DNA of 64,000 nucleotides from an uncultured Methanosarcinaceae archaeon (GCA_963727895.1 CAVSHT010000003.1:32001-96000), one strand, 5' to 3'; counted from the stretch's first letter, positions 44,945-56,899 are shown. Program-made: numbers and translations. The notes: generated by a model not told the origin, from the letters alone.

Positions 44945-45160
44945 ATGCAAGCGAAAACTACAATCCAGATATCAACAAAAAATCGAGATGAGCTAAAGGC
45001 TATCGGAAAATTCGGTGAAAATTACGATGACGTCATTGAAAAATTGATCAACGAGTACAAAAACCAAGAACATAAAACACGAATTGACCGAATAGCGACA
45101 GAAGCAAAGCAACACTTTCGAGATCATCGGGATGAATATGTGAGTATAGATGACCTTTAA
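44945..45160 (+). CDS. Antitoxin, RHH-like
   Basis: 'TTIQIS...RDELK..G..GENYDDVIEKLI'; overlaps the toxin start. Confidence 0.8.
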   Translation: MQAKTTIQISTKNRDELKAIGKFGENYDDVIEKLINEYKNQEHKTRIDRIATEAKQHFRDHRDEYVSIDDL

Positions 45161-45416
45161 AGTTTTCATAAAAGCAAAAGTTCTTGATGACCTACCACAA
45201 AGTAGAAGAAAACAAGTTGCTGAAGCTTTAAAAGATCTAAAAAATGGGTTTCAAGGCGATAATAAGTGCAGAATAGAAGGTTATAAAGAAGATGTGTACC
45301 GCCTTCGAATCGGGAATTACAGAGCGTTCTATACCGTTGATTTCGAAGAGAATGCAATTGTTGTTTTTGACATCCTGACACAAGAGCAAGCGCACAAGAA
45401 ATACAACCGTCTTTGA
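45150..45416 (+). CDS. relE: RelE/ParE family toxin
   Basis: 88 aa; 'YRLRIGNYRAFY.VD'. Confidence 0.88.
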   Translation: MTFKVFIKAKVLDDLPQSRRKQVAEALKDLKNGFQGDNKCRIEGYKEDVYRLRIGNYRAFYTVDFEENAIVVFDILTQEQAHKKYNRL

Positions 45417-45430
45417 TTTTTCTATTCTTT

Positions 45431-45967
45431 TTACCAAAACTTATACCATGGCCTCTTTTTATCTCCAGGTGCTTCTATTGACTTCTGATTCAGCATATCA
45501 TGAATATTAATTGCCTGAGATTGCATTGTATTTGTTAGATTTTCAATTTGGGTGTCCTTTTTCTCTAACTGTTGATCTTTAACCGCAAGTTGGTCTAACA
45601 GATCTTTAATTCTTGCGTTCTGTAGATCATCTTTAATTTTGATTTGTTCTTGAAGGTCTTTAATTCTAGCTTCATGTAATTGCAGAATTCCTTTATTATC
45701 AGGTTCTTTATTTTTTAGATTTTCAAGATTTTTTAACAAATTTTCATTATAGTTTTGTAACTCTTTTATTTTTACATCTTTTTCTTCTATGCAATTTTCA
45801 TGTTCAGTGATCGTGATTACATCTGTCTTACAGATAAGTTCATTTTGATTACACAAGAGTTTTAAGCCCGCAATTATAGCATCAGTCATGTTCTTATACT
45901 GCTGATTACAGTCATCATACATCTCTATCGGTATTCTAGCAGTCACGGACTTTTTTATCTGCTGCAT
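45431..45967 (-). CDS. RHH-like/coiled-coil protein ending KRPWYKFW
   Basis: 'SVTARIP.EMY...MTDAIIAGLKLL'; paralog of ORF 16748. Confidence 0.75.
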   Translation of the reverse strand: MQQIKKSVTARIPIEMYDDCNQQYKNMTDAIIAGLKLLCNQNELICKTDVITITEHENCIEEKDVKIKELQNYNENLLKNLENLKNKEPDNKGILQLHEARIKDLQEQIKIKDDLQNARIKDLLDQLAVKDQQLEKKDTQIENLTNTMQSQAINIHDMLNQKSIEAPGDKKRPWYKFW

Positions 45968-46230
45968 ATTGATTACATATGTCTTACAGGTTAAATAGAT
46001 AATTATTTGTTTTTTTGCAAAATAATTTTCTCTATTATTTTAAAGTTTTAAGTCTTTTTTATATATAACCTAATATTCAAATTAAAAGTTATTGTTTAAA
46101 ATATAACGTGAACAGTATTGAGAAACACATAAAATTCATTATGAGGTGGGTAAGTGACTGGAATATCAAATAAACTGAAAATACTGTATAAAGGAATTAT
46201 TAGCTATCTTTTTGGAGCTTTTTTTTAATA

Positions 46231-47289
46231 ATGAGTTTAAGTTCGTTTGGTTTACATAATTATATTGCAGGACTACTTTTCTTTTTAGCGTCAATTGTGA
46301 CAATTCCTCTAGCTGTAAATCAATTGAAAAAGAAAACAAGAATTACAATGAGTGGAATTACACAGTTTTTTATTGTTTTTCTTTTAGTAGCAACAGCATT
46401 TGCTGCTATCCCTGTTGCTCCATCTGCAACAAATAGTACCTTTAATAATTCCAAAATGATAGCAACGTCGCCGTCATCTGTCAATGGTAATGAGGTAGTC
46501 TTAGTACCAGCCAATTTGACTCAAGTTGCAACACAAAATCCTATCTCAAAACAAAATATAATATCAACTGCAACACCATCTCAAACATCTACTTCGATAA
46601 TTGAAAATAAAGGAAAACTGGACATTTTAACAAGCCCCACTGGTGCTACTATTATAATTGATGGAGTTTCTAAAGGAATTTCACCAATAGAGGGATTATC
46701 TGTTGATGCAGGAACTCATACTGTAGAAGCATATCTCTCGGGATATTCCTTACAAAAAGAAAAGGTAGAAATCTCAAATTCTGAAACAAAAAAATTATTC
46801 TATACTCTTATTATAAATACAAATTTAAGTACAACATCAACAGGAATATCAACTTCTGAATCAACAAAGGCACAAGCCACAACATTAGATTCAAAGACTA
46901 CAACAACATCAGATACGAATAAGAAGAATAGTATATCTAATTATGAAAAATCGAAGTTTACAGCTACAACAACGTCAGATACGAATAAGAAGAATAGTAT
47001 ATCTAATTATGAAAAATCGAAGTCTACAGCTACAACAAAGTTAGATACGAATAATACAAACAATGATAGTGTATCTAATTATGAAGAATCAAAGTCTACA
47101 ACTACAACAACTTTAGATACGAATAATACAGACAATGAATTAATATATGCAAGCTCAAAATCTGATGTATACCATGCAGCAGGATGCAGGTATGTAGAAA
47201 GAATTAAGCCCGAGAATCTTATTACCTTTAAAAGCAGAAAAGAAGCCGAAGCCGCAGGTTATAGAGCATGTAAAGTATGTGGTGGTTAA
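46231..47289 (+). CDS. Membrane-anchored PEGA-domain protein with Ser/Thr repeats and a C-terminal Ada-like Zn-binding domain
   Basis: 'TSPTGATIIIDG...GTHTVEAYLSGY'; 'S.KSDVYH..GC.YV.RI...EAEAAGYRACKVC'; probable true start GTG 46154 with a T8-tract frameshift. Confidence 0.8.
   Translation: MSLSSFGLHNYIAGLLFFLASIVTIPLAVNQLKKKTRITMSGITQFFIVFLLVATAFAAIPVAPSATNSTFNNSKMIATSPSSVNGNEVVLVPANLTQVATQNPISKQNIISTATPSQTSTSIIENKGKLDILTSPTGATIIIDGVSKGISPIEGLSVDAGTHTVEAYLSGYSLQKEKVEISNSETKKLFYTLIINTNLSTTSTGISTSESTKAQATTLDSKTTTTSDTNKKNSISNYEKSKFTATTTSDTNKKNSISNYEKSKSTATTKLDTNNTNNDSVSNYEESKSTTTTTLDTNNTDNELIYASSKSDVYHAAGCRYVERIKPENLITFKSRKEAEAAGYRACKVCGG
46900..47130 (+). repeat. Intragenic ~66-bp tandem repeats
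   Basis: TTTSDTNKKNSISNYEKSK(F/S)TA twice plus degenerate units. Confidence 0.85.
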
Positions 47290-47418
47290 TTAGCCTATTC
47301 TAGATTTTCTTTCTATTGTTCTTTTATTGTCCTATATTATTTTGGGTGAATAAACTAAGTGATTCTGTTGCAAAAAATCTGGCTTTGTTACAAAATCAGT
47401 GAAAAACTTCACACTTAG

Positions 47419-47594
47419 GTATCCTCTTCAAATTCAATGGAGAATTTTCCAACTAGTAAAATATGTACCAATTTTGTTAAACAGTTGTTAAGTTGAATAC
47501 ATTGCTTGATGTTGTTTCTTAGATTTGGTTAAATTTTTAAATTTTTAGCAAATACATGAAATTTACTTTTACCCATACAATTTGAAGAGGATAC
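47419..47594. mobile_element. 176-bp MITE, second copy
   Basis: Perfect GTATCCTCTTCAAATT IRs. Confidence 0.78.
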
Positions 47595-47812
47595 GAATAT
47601 TTTGTATATTGTCCCTTCTTTTACAATTTAAAAGTTTAAAATATCTTATTTTTGCATATTTTCTCAATATTGAATTATCGGAAAGCCTTCTTCGGATAGG
47701 ATTACCGTACACATTTTAATTTCAATATTTTTATTTTTAATTTCGGCATGTTTTTAGAAAGTATGTCAAGCAATATCTTTAAAAGTAAGTAATTACTTAC
47801 ATACTTATTTAT

Positions 47813-48433
47813 ATGGAAGACACAGAACAAAGAATCTTAGATGCAGCTTTGAGGGTATTCGCCAGCGAAGGATACACAGGTGCGACTACTCGAAGAATTG
47901 CGGAAGAGGCAAACGTTGCCGAGGTAACTTTGTTCCGAAAATTTAAGTCAAAAGAAAATTTGCTTAGAGAGGTGTTAATCAATAACCAAACTGCTTTTTC
48001 ATCACTGTATGACTTATTCCAGAAAGAAAAAGATGTAAACCTTGAGGTCGAGCTTCGTATTTTGGGGAAAAACATTGCAAAAGTTATGAAGGATAAAAAG
48101 AAGGATAGCAAGCGCCGGATGTTTATGTTCATGCTGTTTGAAGAAGGAAAAAGGAGACCCGAAGTATCTGAGGCTCTATTAGCTTTTCTTCAAATGAACA
48201 TTAAGCCTTTAAGTGAATATTTTGAGCTACAAATTCAAAATGGGAAAATGCGTACCATCAATTCTAGATCGGCAGCAATAGCTTTTGTCAGTTATTTTGT
48301 CTACACAACTTTACTCAGAGAAGTATTTGGTGACAGTTTTTTGGGTGATTGTGATGAGGAGATTGAACGGTTTATTGACATATTTACTAAAGGTATCCTG
48401 AAGGTTGAAGAAAACTCAAAAACAGGTGAGTAA
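47813..48433 (+). CDS. TetR/AcrR family regulator
   Basis: 'ILDAALRVF...[30 protein letters not shown]'. Confidence 0.93.
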   Translation: MEDTEQRILDAALRVFASEGYTGATTRRIAEEANVAEVTLFRKFKSKENLLREVLINNQTAFSSLYDLFQKEKDVNLEVELRILGKNIAKVMKDKKKDSKRRMFMFMLFEEGKRRPEVSEALLAFLQMNIKPLSEYFELQIQNGKMRTINSRSAAIAFVSYFVYTTLLREVFGDSFLGDCDEEIERFIDIFTKGILKVEENSKTGE

Positions 48434-49183
48434 ATGGAACCAATTATTGAGATAAAAAATCTTGTTAAAGTTTTCCATTCAAGAGGGAGAACAATAACTG
48501 CAGTAAATGATGTCAGCTTCGATGTATTTAAAGGAGAAATTTTTGGTATGATAGGACCAAATGGAGCTGGCAAATCCACTACGTTTTCCATGCTTACTAC
48601 TTTGTTAAAACCTACTGGTGGCAGTATAAAGGTTGCGGGCTTTGATGTTCAAAAACAAGACGATAAAATAAGACCACTCATAGGCATAGTCCCACAGAAG
48701 CTCAGCCTTTATCCACTCCTTACAGCCAGAGAGAACCTGGAATTTATGGGTAATCTCTATAACATTCCAAAAAAAGTTTTAGAAGATAAAATCGACTACT
48801 ATCTGAAGCTTGTAGGACTTGAAGCTAGTTCTGATCGCTATACTGGAGGTTTTTCTGGTGGTATGAAGCAGCGCTTATCAGTAATCGCTGCGGTATTGCA
48901 TGATCCTCAGATTTTATTCTGGGACGAACCTTCAACCGGTCTTGATCCTCAGACTAGAAATGTTATCTGGAAACTTGGTAGAAAATTCAATGAAGAGGGA
49001 AGAACGCTAGTTTTTACAACTCATTACATGGAGGAGGCAGATAATCTCTGTAACAGGGTTGCTGTAATGGATTCAGGCAAAATGGTAGCTCTTGATGATC
49101 CCGAACGTTTAAAGAAAACTACCGGAAGTACAAATCTTGAAGAAGTGTTTGTACATTTCACCGGAGAACAGGTACGTGATTAA
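48434..49183 (+). CDS. ABC-2 exporter ATP-binding protein
   Basis: GPNGAGKST, FSGGMKQR, DEPSTGLD, TTHYMEEA. Confidence 0.95.
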   Translation: MEPIIEIKNLVKVFHSRGRTITAVNDVSFDVFKGEIFGMIGPNGAGKSTTFSMLTTLLKPTGGSIKVAGFDVQKQDDKIRPLIGIVPQKLSLYPLLTARENLEFMGNLYNIPKKVLEDKIDYYLKLVGLEASSDRYTGGFSGGMKQRLSVIAAVLHDPQILFWDEPSTGLDPQTRNVIWKLGRKFNEEGRTLVFTTHYMEEADNLCNRVAVMDSGKMVALDDPERLKKTTGSTNLEEVFVHFTGEQVRD

Positions 49184-50291
49184 ATGACAATAAAAACTGA
49201 GCTAATGGATTCATTAATAGTAGCAAAAAAAGAATTCAAAGTACTTTTTAGAAAAAAGTGGCTTGTAATTCCTTTGTTTTTATTTCCCATAATCATGATA
49301 GTCTTTTTTGGCTATGGAATGGGAGGGACTGTCAAAAATTCCCCTATTTTAATAGTTAATGACGACACAGGAAGAGCTTCAAATTCCCTTATTCAGGAGA
49401 TCGGAAGTTATACTCCAAAATACGATGCAAACCCAATGTTTTCAGTGACCTATACAAAGGATATGTCACAATCGGAGGCTGAGAGCAAAATAAATGATGG
49501 AATATACAAAGGTGTTCTGCTTATTCCAAATAATTATAGTGATAGCATAGCCAAAAATGAAAGTACTAGTTTAACGCTTCTGACAGATTCTTCAGATACG
49601 ACCACGAGTCAAACAATAATAAACTTTATAAGGCAATTGCTGTCAAAAACGGGATCAGTTATCCTAAACATTCCCAATATTTACGGTAACCTTGAATATT
49701 TAGATTTTCTCACACCAGGCGTTATAGCTCTTACAGTGTTTATGGGTTCTGTAGCAACTACAGGTTCTGCAATTGCCGGAGAAAAAGAAGACGGTACACT
49801 TATTCGTATGCTGATGACACCAATCAGTAAGAGATCTGTAATTCTAGGAAAAACGATCTACCAGTTAATCTTGCAATTAGCTAGAGCTGTTGTTCTGATA
49901 CTTGCAGCGTTTTTCCTTGTAGGATTCCATATGAATGGTAGCTGGCTTCTTATTTCTCTTGTGCTTGTTATTTTCACTCTTGGTGGCGTAGGGATGGGAA
50001 TAGTCATGTCTTCAAGGGTAGAAGATATGGAATCTTTCTTTCAATTAAACATGCTAATTACTATGCCATCAATGTTTGTTACAGGCGTATTTTTCCCCTT
50101 GAGCTCGGTTCCTGATTGGATGCGTTATATAGCTTATTGCTTGCCGTCTGACTTATGCAATCGATGCTATGCGTACTATTATGATCAAGGGTCAGGGTTT
50201 GAACGCCATATCTAGTGATTTGATAATACTTACACTCTTTGCAATTGTTACTTTTACTTTAGGTGTCCATCTTTTCAGGAGGGAAGCATAA
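49184..50291 (+). pseudogene. ABC-2 permease, +1 frameshift near 50146
   Basis: Last helix 'LTYAIDAMR...LFRREA*' is in another frame and ends 50291. Confidence 0.8.
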
Positions 50292-50292
50292 A

Positions 50293-51280
50293 ATGAAAAA
50301 AATGATAATAATCTCTCTTCTATTAATTGCTATGATGTCATGTGCAGAAGGAGCTTCTGATACCCCAAACAATTATAATGTTCCCCAGAGCTTTGATCTT
50401 GGAAAAAACTATTACACTGTTTACGGTAGTCCTGATCTTAATGCTAATATTATTGGAAGTAATGAATTTGATAAGGACCAAACTGGCTACTTTGAATATT
50501 AATCTAATGAACAGAGGTAAATTATTAGGATTCAAAAATGACAAAACTCCTTATGGTTCCGATGAAATGTATGCTGCCCAGACCGAAATGAAACTGGAAA
50601 GTGGTGTAGTTGACGCTGAAAACGTGGTAGCTTCTCTTTCAACAGATCCCGGAAGTCCAATAGAAATCAAATCAGTTAGCCAGCAGATAGGTTCCATAAA
50701 AAGTGGAGAAAATGCACTGGCACCGACACAATTTGCAATAAAAATTGATAAAAAGGCAAAAGCAGGAGAATATAACCTCTACCTGAACCTCTCTTATGAT
50801 TATCAAAAGAACGTCCAGATAATGGATCCGAATGTCACTGCTCAGACCTATGATGTAAATCGCTGGTATGGAACAATGGAACAGAACCAGACGTTAAAGA
50901 TTAAAGTGAAAGATCAGGCTGATTTTGAGATTGTAAATACTACAGGTAGTCTTTCTCCAGGTGGAGAAAATATAATTGATATAACAATTAAAAACACAGG
51001 TGAGGAAGAAGCAAAAAACGTTAAAGCAATTATTAATCCAGCTGATCCTTTAAGCACAACTGATAGTATGGCATTCCTGTCTACTATGGCACCTGGCAGT
51101 ACGGCTGTTGCAAAAATTAAGATTAAGGCAGATAGCGAAGCTGTACCCAAAGTATATGGAATTGATACGGTTTTAAAATATGAAACTCCAGAAGGTGACA
51201 CTAATTATTCCGATGTTCTTGATGCTCCGGTAGAGGTAAAAGAAGCTGGATTTTTCGAGAAGCTTTTTGGATGGATTTAA
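50293..51280 (+). pseudogene. COG1361/S-layer-domain protein, +1 frameshift near 50485
   Basis: Signal peptide MKKMIII in one frame; 'GEYNL.L..SYDYQ', 'IKNTGEEEA' in another. Confidence 0.75.
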
Positions 51281-51398
51281 TCAAAAATATATCTTGGGGA
51301 GATACTCCTCAAGATCACTATTTTTATTTGAGTAAATAGATCTAAATATCATCACCAACACAAAGTATATATGTTATGGTGCGTTCTCTAGTCATGTT

Positions 51399-52031
<633 letters not shown>

Positions 52032-52052
52032 AAAACCTGGAAACTATTTTTA

Positions 52053-52084
52053 TGGTTGGTTTGCTTATCTGGCAAACCGAACCA
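52053..52084. terminator. Hairpin between convergent genes
   Basis: TGGTTGGTTTGC / GCAAACCGAACCA followed by T-rich tracts. Confidence 0.5.
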
Positions 52085-52175
52085 CGATTTTAAAAATTCT
52101 ATTTTAAAATTCGATTTATTCTTTTTCTTAGTTAATTTCAAAATTGCTACTTATTCTTAAATTTATTTTTTTACA

Positions 52176-52959
52176 TTATAGGTTATGAGCTAATGCCACA
52201 TCAGGGCTCCCAGGAACAACATACCGCATACCAGCAATCTTTCCTATAACTACGGGCAGACCATATACCTCCTCAATAACCTGAGGTGTAATTACCTCAA
52301 CACCTCCGTGAGCGTGAATTCTCCCTCCTTTCAGGAAAATAAACCGATCTGCATACCTGAGGGCCTGGTTAAGGTCGTGCATTGTCATTACGGCTGCAAT
52401 CCTGTGCTCAAGGACAATCTGCCTGATAATAGTCAGAATTTCAACCTGATTTTTCATATCAAGACTACTTGTAGGTTCGTCAAGGAGGAGGTACTTTTGG
52501 CTCCTGTACGAGTGAGCGTGCAATTGAAACCTTCTGAAGTTCCCCTCCACTCATCTCATCAATATATGTAAGGCGAAGTTTTTCCATGGAAAGTAATCTG
52601 AAAACTGAATCGACTATTTGAAGGTCTTTTTCGGTAACATCCCATTTTATATGAGGCCTCCTTCCAAGCAGGACTGCATCAAAAGCTGTCAGCTTCCCGG
52701 TTTCCACCCGCTGAGGAACATACCCAACAAGGCGTGCGATCTCCATTGTTCCAAGGTCAAATAGGTTATTTCCATCAAGATGAACTGTTCCTCCTTTGGG
52801 GCGGAGAATTCTGTTTATACATTTTAAAAGTGTAATCTTACCAACTCCATTGGGTCCAAGGATTGCTACAATTTCTCCTTCCTCTATGGAAAAAACTATT
52901 TTATGGAGGATTTTACGGTTGCGAGACAAGAATTCAAGTTCCTCTACTGAAAGAATCAT
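52176..52959 (-). pseudogene. Iron/cobalamin ABC transporter ATPase, frameshifted near 52490
   Basis: GPNGVGK and MSGGELQ in one frame; LLLDEPTSSLD and MHDLNQA in the next. Confidence 0.88.
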
Positions 52960-54025
52960 CGTTTGTACCCCTTAAGAAGTAAGTATATGAAGACCGGTGC
53001 TCCCATGAAAGCAGTAAGGATAGATACGGGAAGCACATATGGTGATATTATAAGCCTTGCCGCAGTGTCTGACGCCAGAAGAAGAAGTCCTCCAAATATT
53101 GTAGAACCAGGTATCAGGTACCGCTGGTCATCTCCTATTACCTTTCTGACCATATGAGGGCAAACCAGCCCTATAAACCCTATAACCCCAAGAAACGAAA
53201 CAATCACTGCAGAGACTAGGGCTGCGCCTACCATACCTATTAACCTTATCCTTTCCACATTGACGCCCAGACCTTTTGCAGTCTCATCTCCTGCATCTAT
53301 TGCATTGTAATTCCAGCTGTTAGCAATGAAGAATATAATTGCAAGCAGCACAACGCCTGTCATTATCTCAAGTTCTGACCAGTTCACTCTTCCTACATCA
53401 CCAAGAGTCCAGAAAACAACTGCTGCAAGCTGGGTATCATCAGCAAAGTACTGGAGGAATGCTGTACCTGCGGTAAAGAGGGAAGAAAGCGCAACTCCTG
53501 CAAGTACCATTACCTCGGGTGAAGCTCCCCGTATACTTGAGATTAGCAAGATCATTCCTGTCGCAAGAAGGCAAAAGAAAAGAGCTACCGTTGTTGTCAG
53601 GTAAGGATTGTTGATTATCACGGCATCTGCAACTGTAGACTGTACTTTTCAGGTGCCGAGAAGCACAACAGATACTGCAGCTCCAAAAGCGCCGGCATTT
53701 GAAATTCCAAGCGTGAAAGGAGATGCGATGGGGTTACGCAGAATAGACTGCATCGCAACCCCTGCAATCTACAGCCCGGCTCCTGCAACTATTGCAGCCA
53801 GGGCTTGAGGAAGCCGGATGTTCCAGATTATTAAATTCCATTTTGTCGAAACACTGTGTCCTGTTATGGTTTGCAGTACTTCATAAGGTGGTATTGTCAC
53901 TGCTCCTACTGAGATTGAGTAAATAAGCATAATGAAGAGGAACAGAATCCCCCCATTATCCAAAAGTATTTTCTGCGTATATACACAAGATAATCTTCTG
54001 AAACTGCTCCTTTTGAGAAATGCAC
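52956..54025 (-). pseudogene. FecCD-family permease with a frameshift plus in-frame TAG (53769) and TGA (53649)
   Basis: 'IRLPQ', '[21 protein letters not shown]', 'GDETAKGLGVNV', 'GVIGFIGLVCPH'. Confidence 0.88.
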
Positions 54026-54043
54026 TTTTTTAAACCCTCCATC

Positions 54044-55252
54044 TTATTGCAGAATTTGTTTAAATCCTAGATTACTGTATTGTTTGTTCAGATCTGAAAA
54101 TACAGGTTTACCAACGAAGAAAGTGTATATCTCGTTAGCTTTTGCTTCCGGATCGATATCTTTAAACCTATCTGGATAGAGCACTTTTCCTACAAAATAA
54201 GCGTTTGCAAGCACGGATTCATAATTAATGCTGTAGTAGTTGTAAGGAATCACTCCATAGACCTTTTTGTTTTTTACAGCTGAAAGTCCTGCGAGAGATG
54301 TATCATTCTTGAGCTCTCCAATTGCTCCTTCATTACCAAGCTGAAGGGTTCCAACATCAATGAATAGATAATCGGGGTCCCAGTCTACAAGTGCTTCTTT
54401 GGCAATATCCGCATGTTCTGTACCCATTCCGGCTGCAACATTCTTTGCATTCACCCAGAGGAATGGTGGATAAGCAGGTTCTGTAGAAATTATTCCATGA
54501 GCTCCTGCCATGCTCACACCACCAATATAGGCAGTCTTTCTTTCGGACTCGGGAATGTCGGCAGTCCTGTTTTCTAAGTCCTGCATAGTAGCATTGATAT
54601 AATCGATTATCTCTTCTGCTCTTTGCTGTTTACCTACTACTTTACCCATTATCCTTAAAGAGCTATACATTTCAGCTTTCTGTTTTTCATTCGTTAGAGA
54701 TCCGTAAGGGAACATGACAACGGAAATTCCGGTTTTATTCTGAAGTTTGTCGGCGTCAGCTGCACTGGTTGTTGTCGATTGACCACTTGTACTGGTTTTC
54801 AGAATGACCTGGGGGTTGATGGCAATTATCTTTTCAGGATCATCTTTACCTCTGAATTCCCCAATAAGGGGATAATCTTTAAGCTGCGGATTCGCAAGGG
54901 CATAGGGACGACCTTCTGATTCGCTTTTCTCTTTCTCTATGCCGTCAACCCCGACTACATTGTTCTGAGCTTGAAGGTATACAAGATAACGCAGGCATCC
55001 TGCTCCTGAGCAGACAACTTTGCTGACATTTTCAGGTATGGTGACGTTTCTCCCTACACCATCAGTTATTGTGATTCCAGGAGACTCTGCTACTTTATCT
55101 GTACTCGTGTTTCCAGCAGAGCTTGCGAGCCCTTCATTATTTTTCCCTCCAGATGTGGATTTGCTGGTACATCCAGAGGCTACTATCAGGGAAACAATGA
55201 GCAATCCTATAAGTATAATTTTTCTTAATTTAATACTTAAATCTCTTTTCAT
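54044..55252 (-). CDS. Iron/cobalamin ABC substrate-binding lipoprotein
   Basis: Lipobox 'VASGC'; 'ITDGVGRNVTIP', 'DPEKII', 'LSAVKNKKVY'. Confidence 0.9.
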   Translation of the reverse strand: MKRDLSIKLRKIILIGLLIVSLIVASGCTSKSTSGGKNNEGLASSAGNTSTDKVAESPGITITDGVGRNVTIPENVSKVVCSGAGCLRYLVYLQAQNNVVGVDGIEKEKSESEGRPYALANPQLKDYPLIGEFRGKDDPEKIIAINPQVILKTSTSGQSTTTSAADADKLQNKTGISVVMFPYGSLTNEKQKAEMYSSLRIMGKVVGKQQRAEEIIDYINATMQDLENRTADIPESERKTAYIGGVSMAGAHGIISTEPAYPPFLWVNAKNVAAGMGTEHADIAKEALVDWDPDYLFIDVGTLQLGNEGAIGELKNDTSLAGLSAVKNKKVYGVIPYNYYSINYESVLANAYFVGKVLYPDRFKDIDPEAKANEIYTFFVGKPVFSDLNKQYSNLGFKQILQ

Positions 55253-55765
55253 GTTACTTCCTCTAATTTAGTAATGAAAATGTATTACATAAATTTAACT
55301 AAATCTTCCTATTATAGTTATATATTGAATATTTTTTCTTTATATTGTATGATTTATCATGAACTAATTGAAAAATAAACTTATTATTTTAATTTTTTAT
55401 TTTACAAAAATAATATAATTAATTAACAGTGTTTACTAATCTTTATTTAAAATAACACTTTTATATAATTACATCCTACAATATTTCCCTGAATCACTAT
55501 CCATAAAACTCACGCATTTGAAGTATAAAATCAAGAACAATCAGCGTTGTTACTGGCTCCATATTTTGAACAGTTTAAGGTTTAATGCTATTGGTTTCTT
55601 AGCTCAATTGCGTTCAGTCCGAATCCATTTATTTACAGTCTACTCGAACCAGAGATTTTTGAAACAAATCTTTTGTCTCACATTTTCTTGGTTTAATCCA
55701 GTTGGAGTTTCTAGAAGTTAGAAGTAGAAAAGATTCAGTTTGAATCAATAATAAGGATAGATAGC

Positions 55766-56899
55766 ATGGAAAAAGGCAAAAGCATAATCGGGATTGATCT
55801 TGTCAACGAGGCCGAAAATTGTGAAAGAGCCTCAGACTTAATGCAAAAACCTAAAATTGAAGCCGATCGTCTTTTTAAGCTTCTCGATTCTTCGATTCAG
55901 GGTTTAAGAGAATGCAGACTTATTTCTACTGCACTTGAACTAGGGGTTTTTGAAGCTCTTAAAGTTCCTTTATCTGCAGAAACTTTGGCTGAAAAGCTTG
56001 GTTGTGATCCTGTACTTATGCCTCATTTCTGTGATGCTCTCTATAGCCTTGGGCTTCTTGATAGATTTAAAGAAGGGGAGTATGAGGAAAATGAAAATCT
56101 ACAAATGAAGGAAAATAAAGGTGCAGTATATCTTGTTTCAGAACTTAGTGCAACCTATCTTATGAAAACTTCTCCATTCTCGCAGCAGCATTACCTTAGT
56201 GAAAGATTAAGGAATATTGAGTTATGGTCTCGTCTTCCTCAGATCTTGAAGAATGGACCTGATATCGTTGAGAAAGGACCTTTTTTCGGGGAAATCATTC
56301 AAAACATGGCTGAAAATGCACGTTGTGGGGGGCTTCAGGAAACTGTCAATATTGTTATGGAAAACGTTGATTTCAAAAACATTAATAAGATGCTTGATCT
56401 TGGGGGAGGACATGGATTATATGCTATTGCTTTTTCAAAAATAAAAGAAAACCTTCAGGCTTTTGTTTTTGATTTACCCTCTGTAACGGAAAAGACAAAG
56501 CACTTTATAGAAAAATATGGAGTATCAAATGTAGATGTAATTCCAGGAGATTTTTTCAAAGATAAAATCGGGAATAGATACGATCTGATTTTCTTTTCCT
56601 TTAATCCTGGAGGAAAAGTACCTTCCCTCATACCTAAAATTGCAGAAGCATTAAATCCTGGAGGCATTTTTATAACACGGCAGGTTCCTGATGAAAAAAT
56701 GAAGTCCGATCCCCTTATAAGCCTTGACTGGAACCTCTGGACATTTGAAGATGTGAAAAAAGGAGGTTCAAGCTACAGTTTTGAGAACAGTGTTCCTTTT
56801 TTCGAATATATAGAGATGCTTGGAAATTACGGGCTTGAAGTATTCCAATCACTCGATATGAAGGGCGCATCAAGGATCGTTTTTGCACGGAAAATATAA
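55766..56899 (+). CDS. SAM-dependent O-methyltransferase with dimerisation domain
   Basis: 'ALELGVFE.L', 'LDLGGGHG', 'VFDLP', 'GDFF'. Confidence 0.9.
   Translation: MEKGKSIIGIDLVNEAENCERASDLMQKPKIEADRLFKLLDSSIQGLRECRLISTALELGVFEALKVPLSAETLAEKLGCDPVLMPHFCDALYSLGLLDRFKEGEYEENENLQMKENKGAVYLVSELSATYLMKTSPFSQQHYLSERLRNIELWSRLPQILKNGPDIVEKGPFFGEIIQNMAENARCGGLQETVNIVMENVDFKNINKMLDLGGGHGLYAIAFSKIKENLQAFVFDLPSVTEKTKHFIEKYGVSNVDVIPGDFFKDKIGNRYDLIFFSFNPGGKVPSLIPKIAEALNPGGIFITRQVPDEKMKSDPLISLDWNLWTFEDVKKGGSSYSFENSVPFFEYIEMLGNYGLEVFQSLDMKGASRIVFARKI

Noticed and set aside
53769..53771. In-frame TAG as a pyrrolysine codon in the FecCD permease
   Set aside because: The same gene has a TGA and a frameshift, and the site is a small-residue position in a TM helix; plain decay explains it
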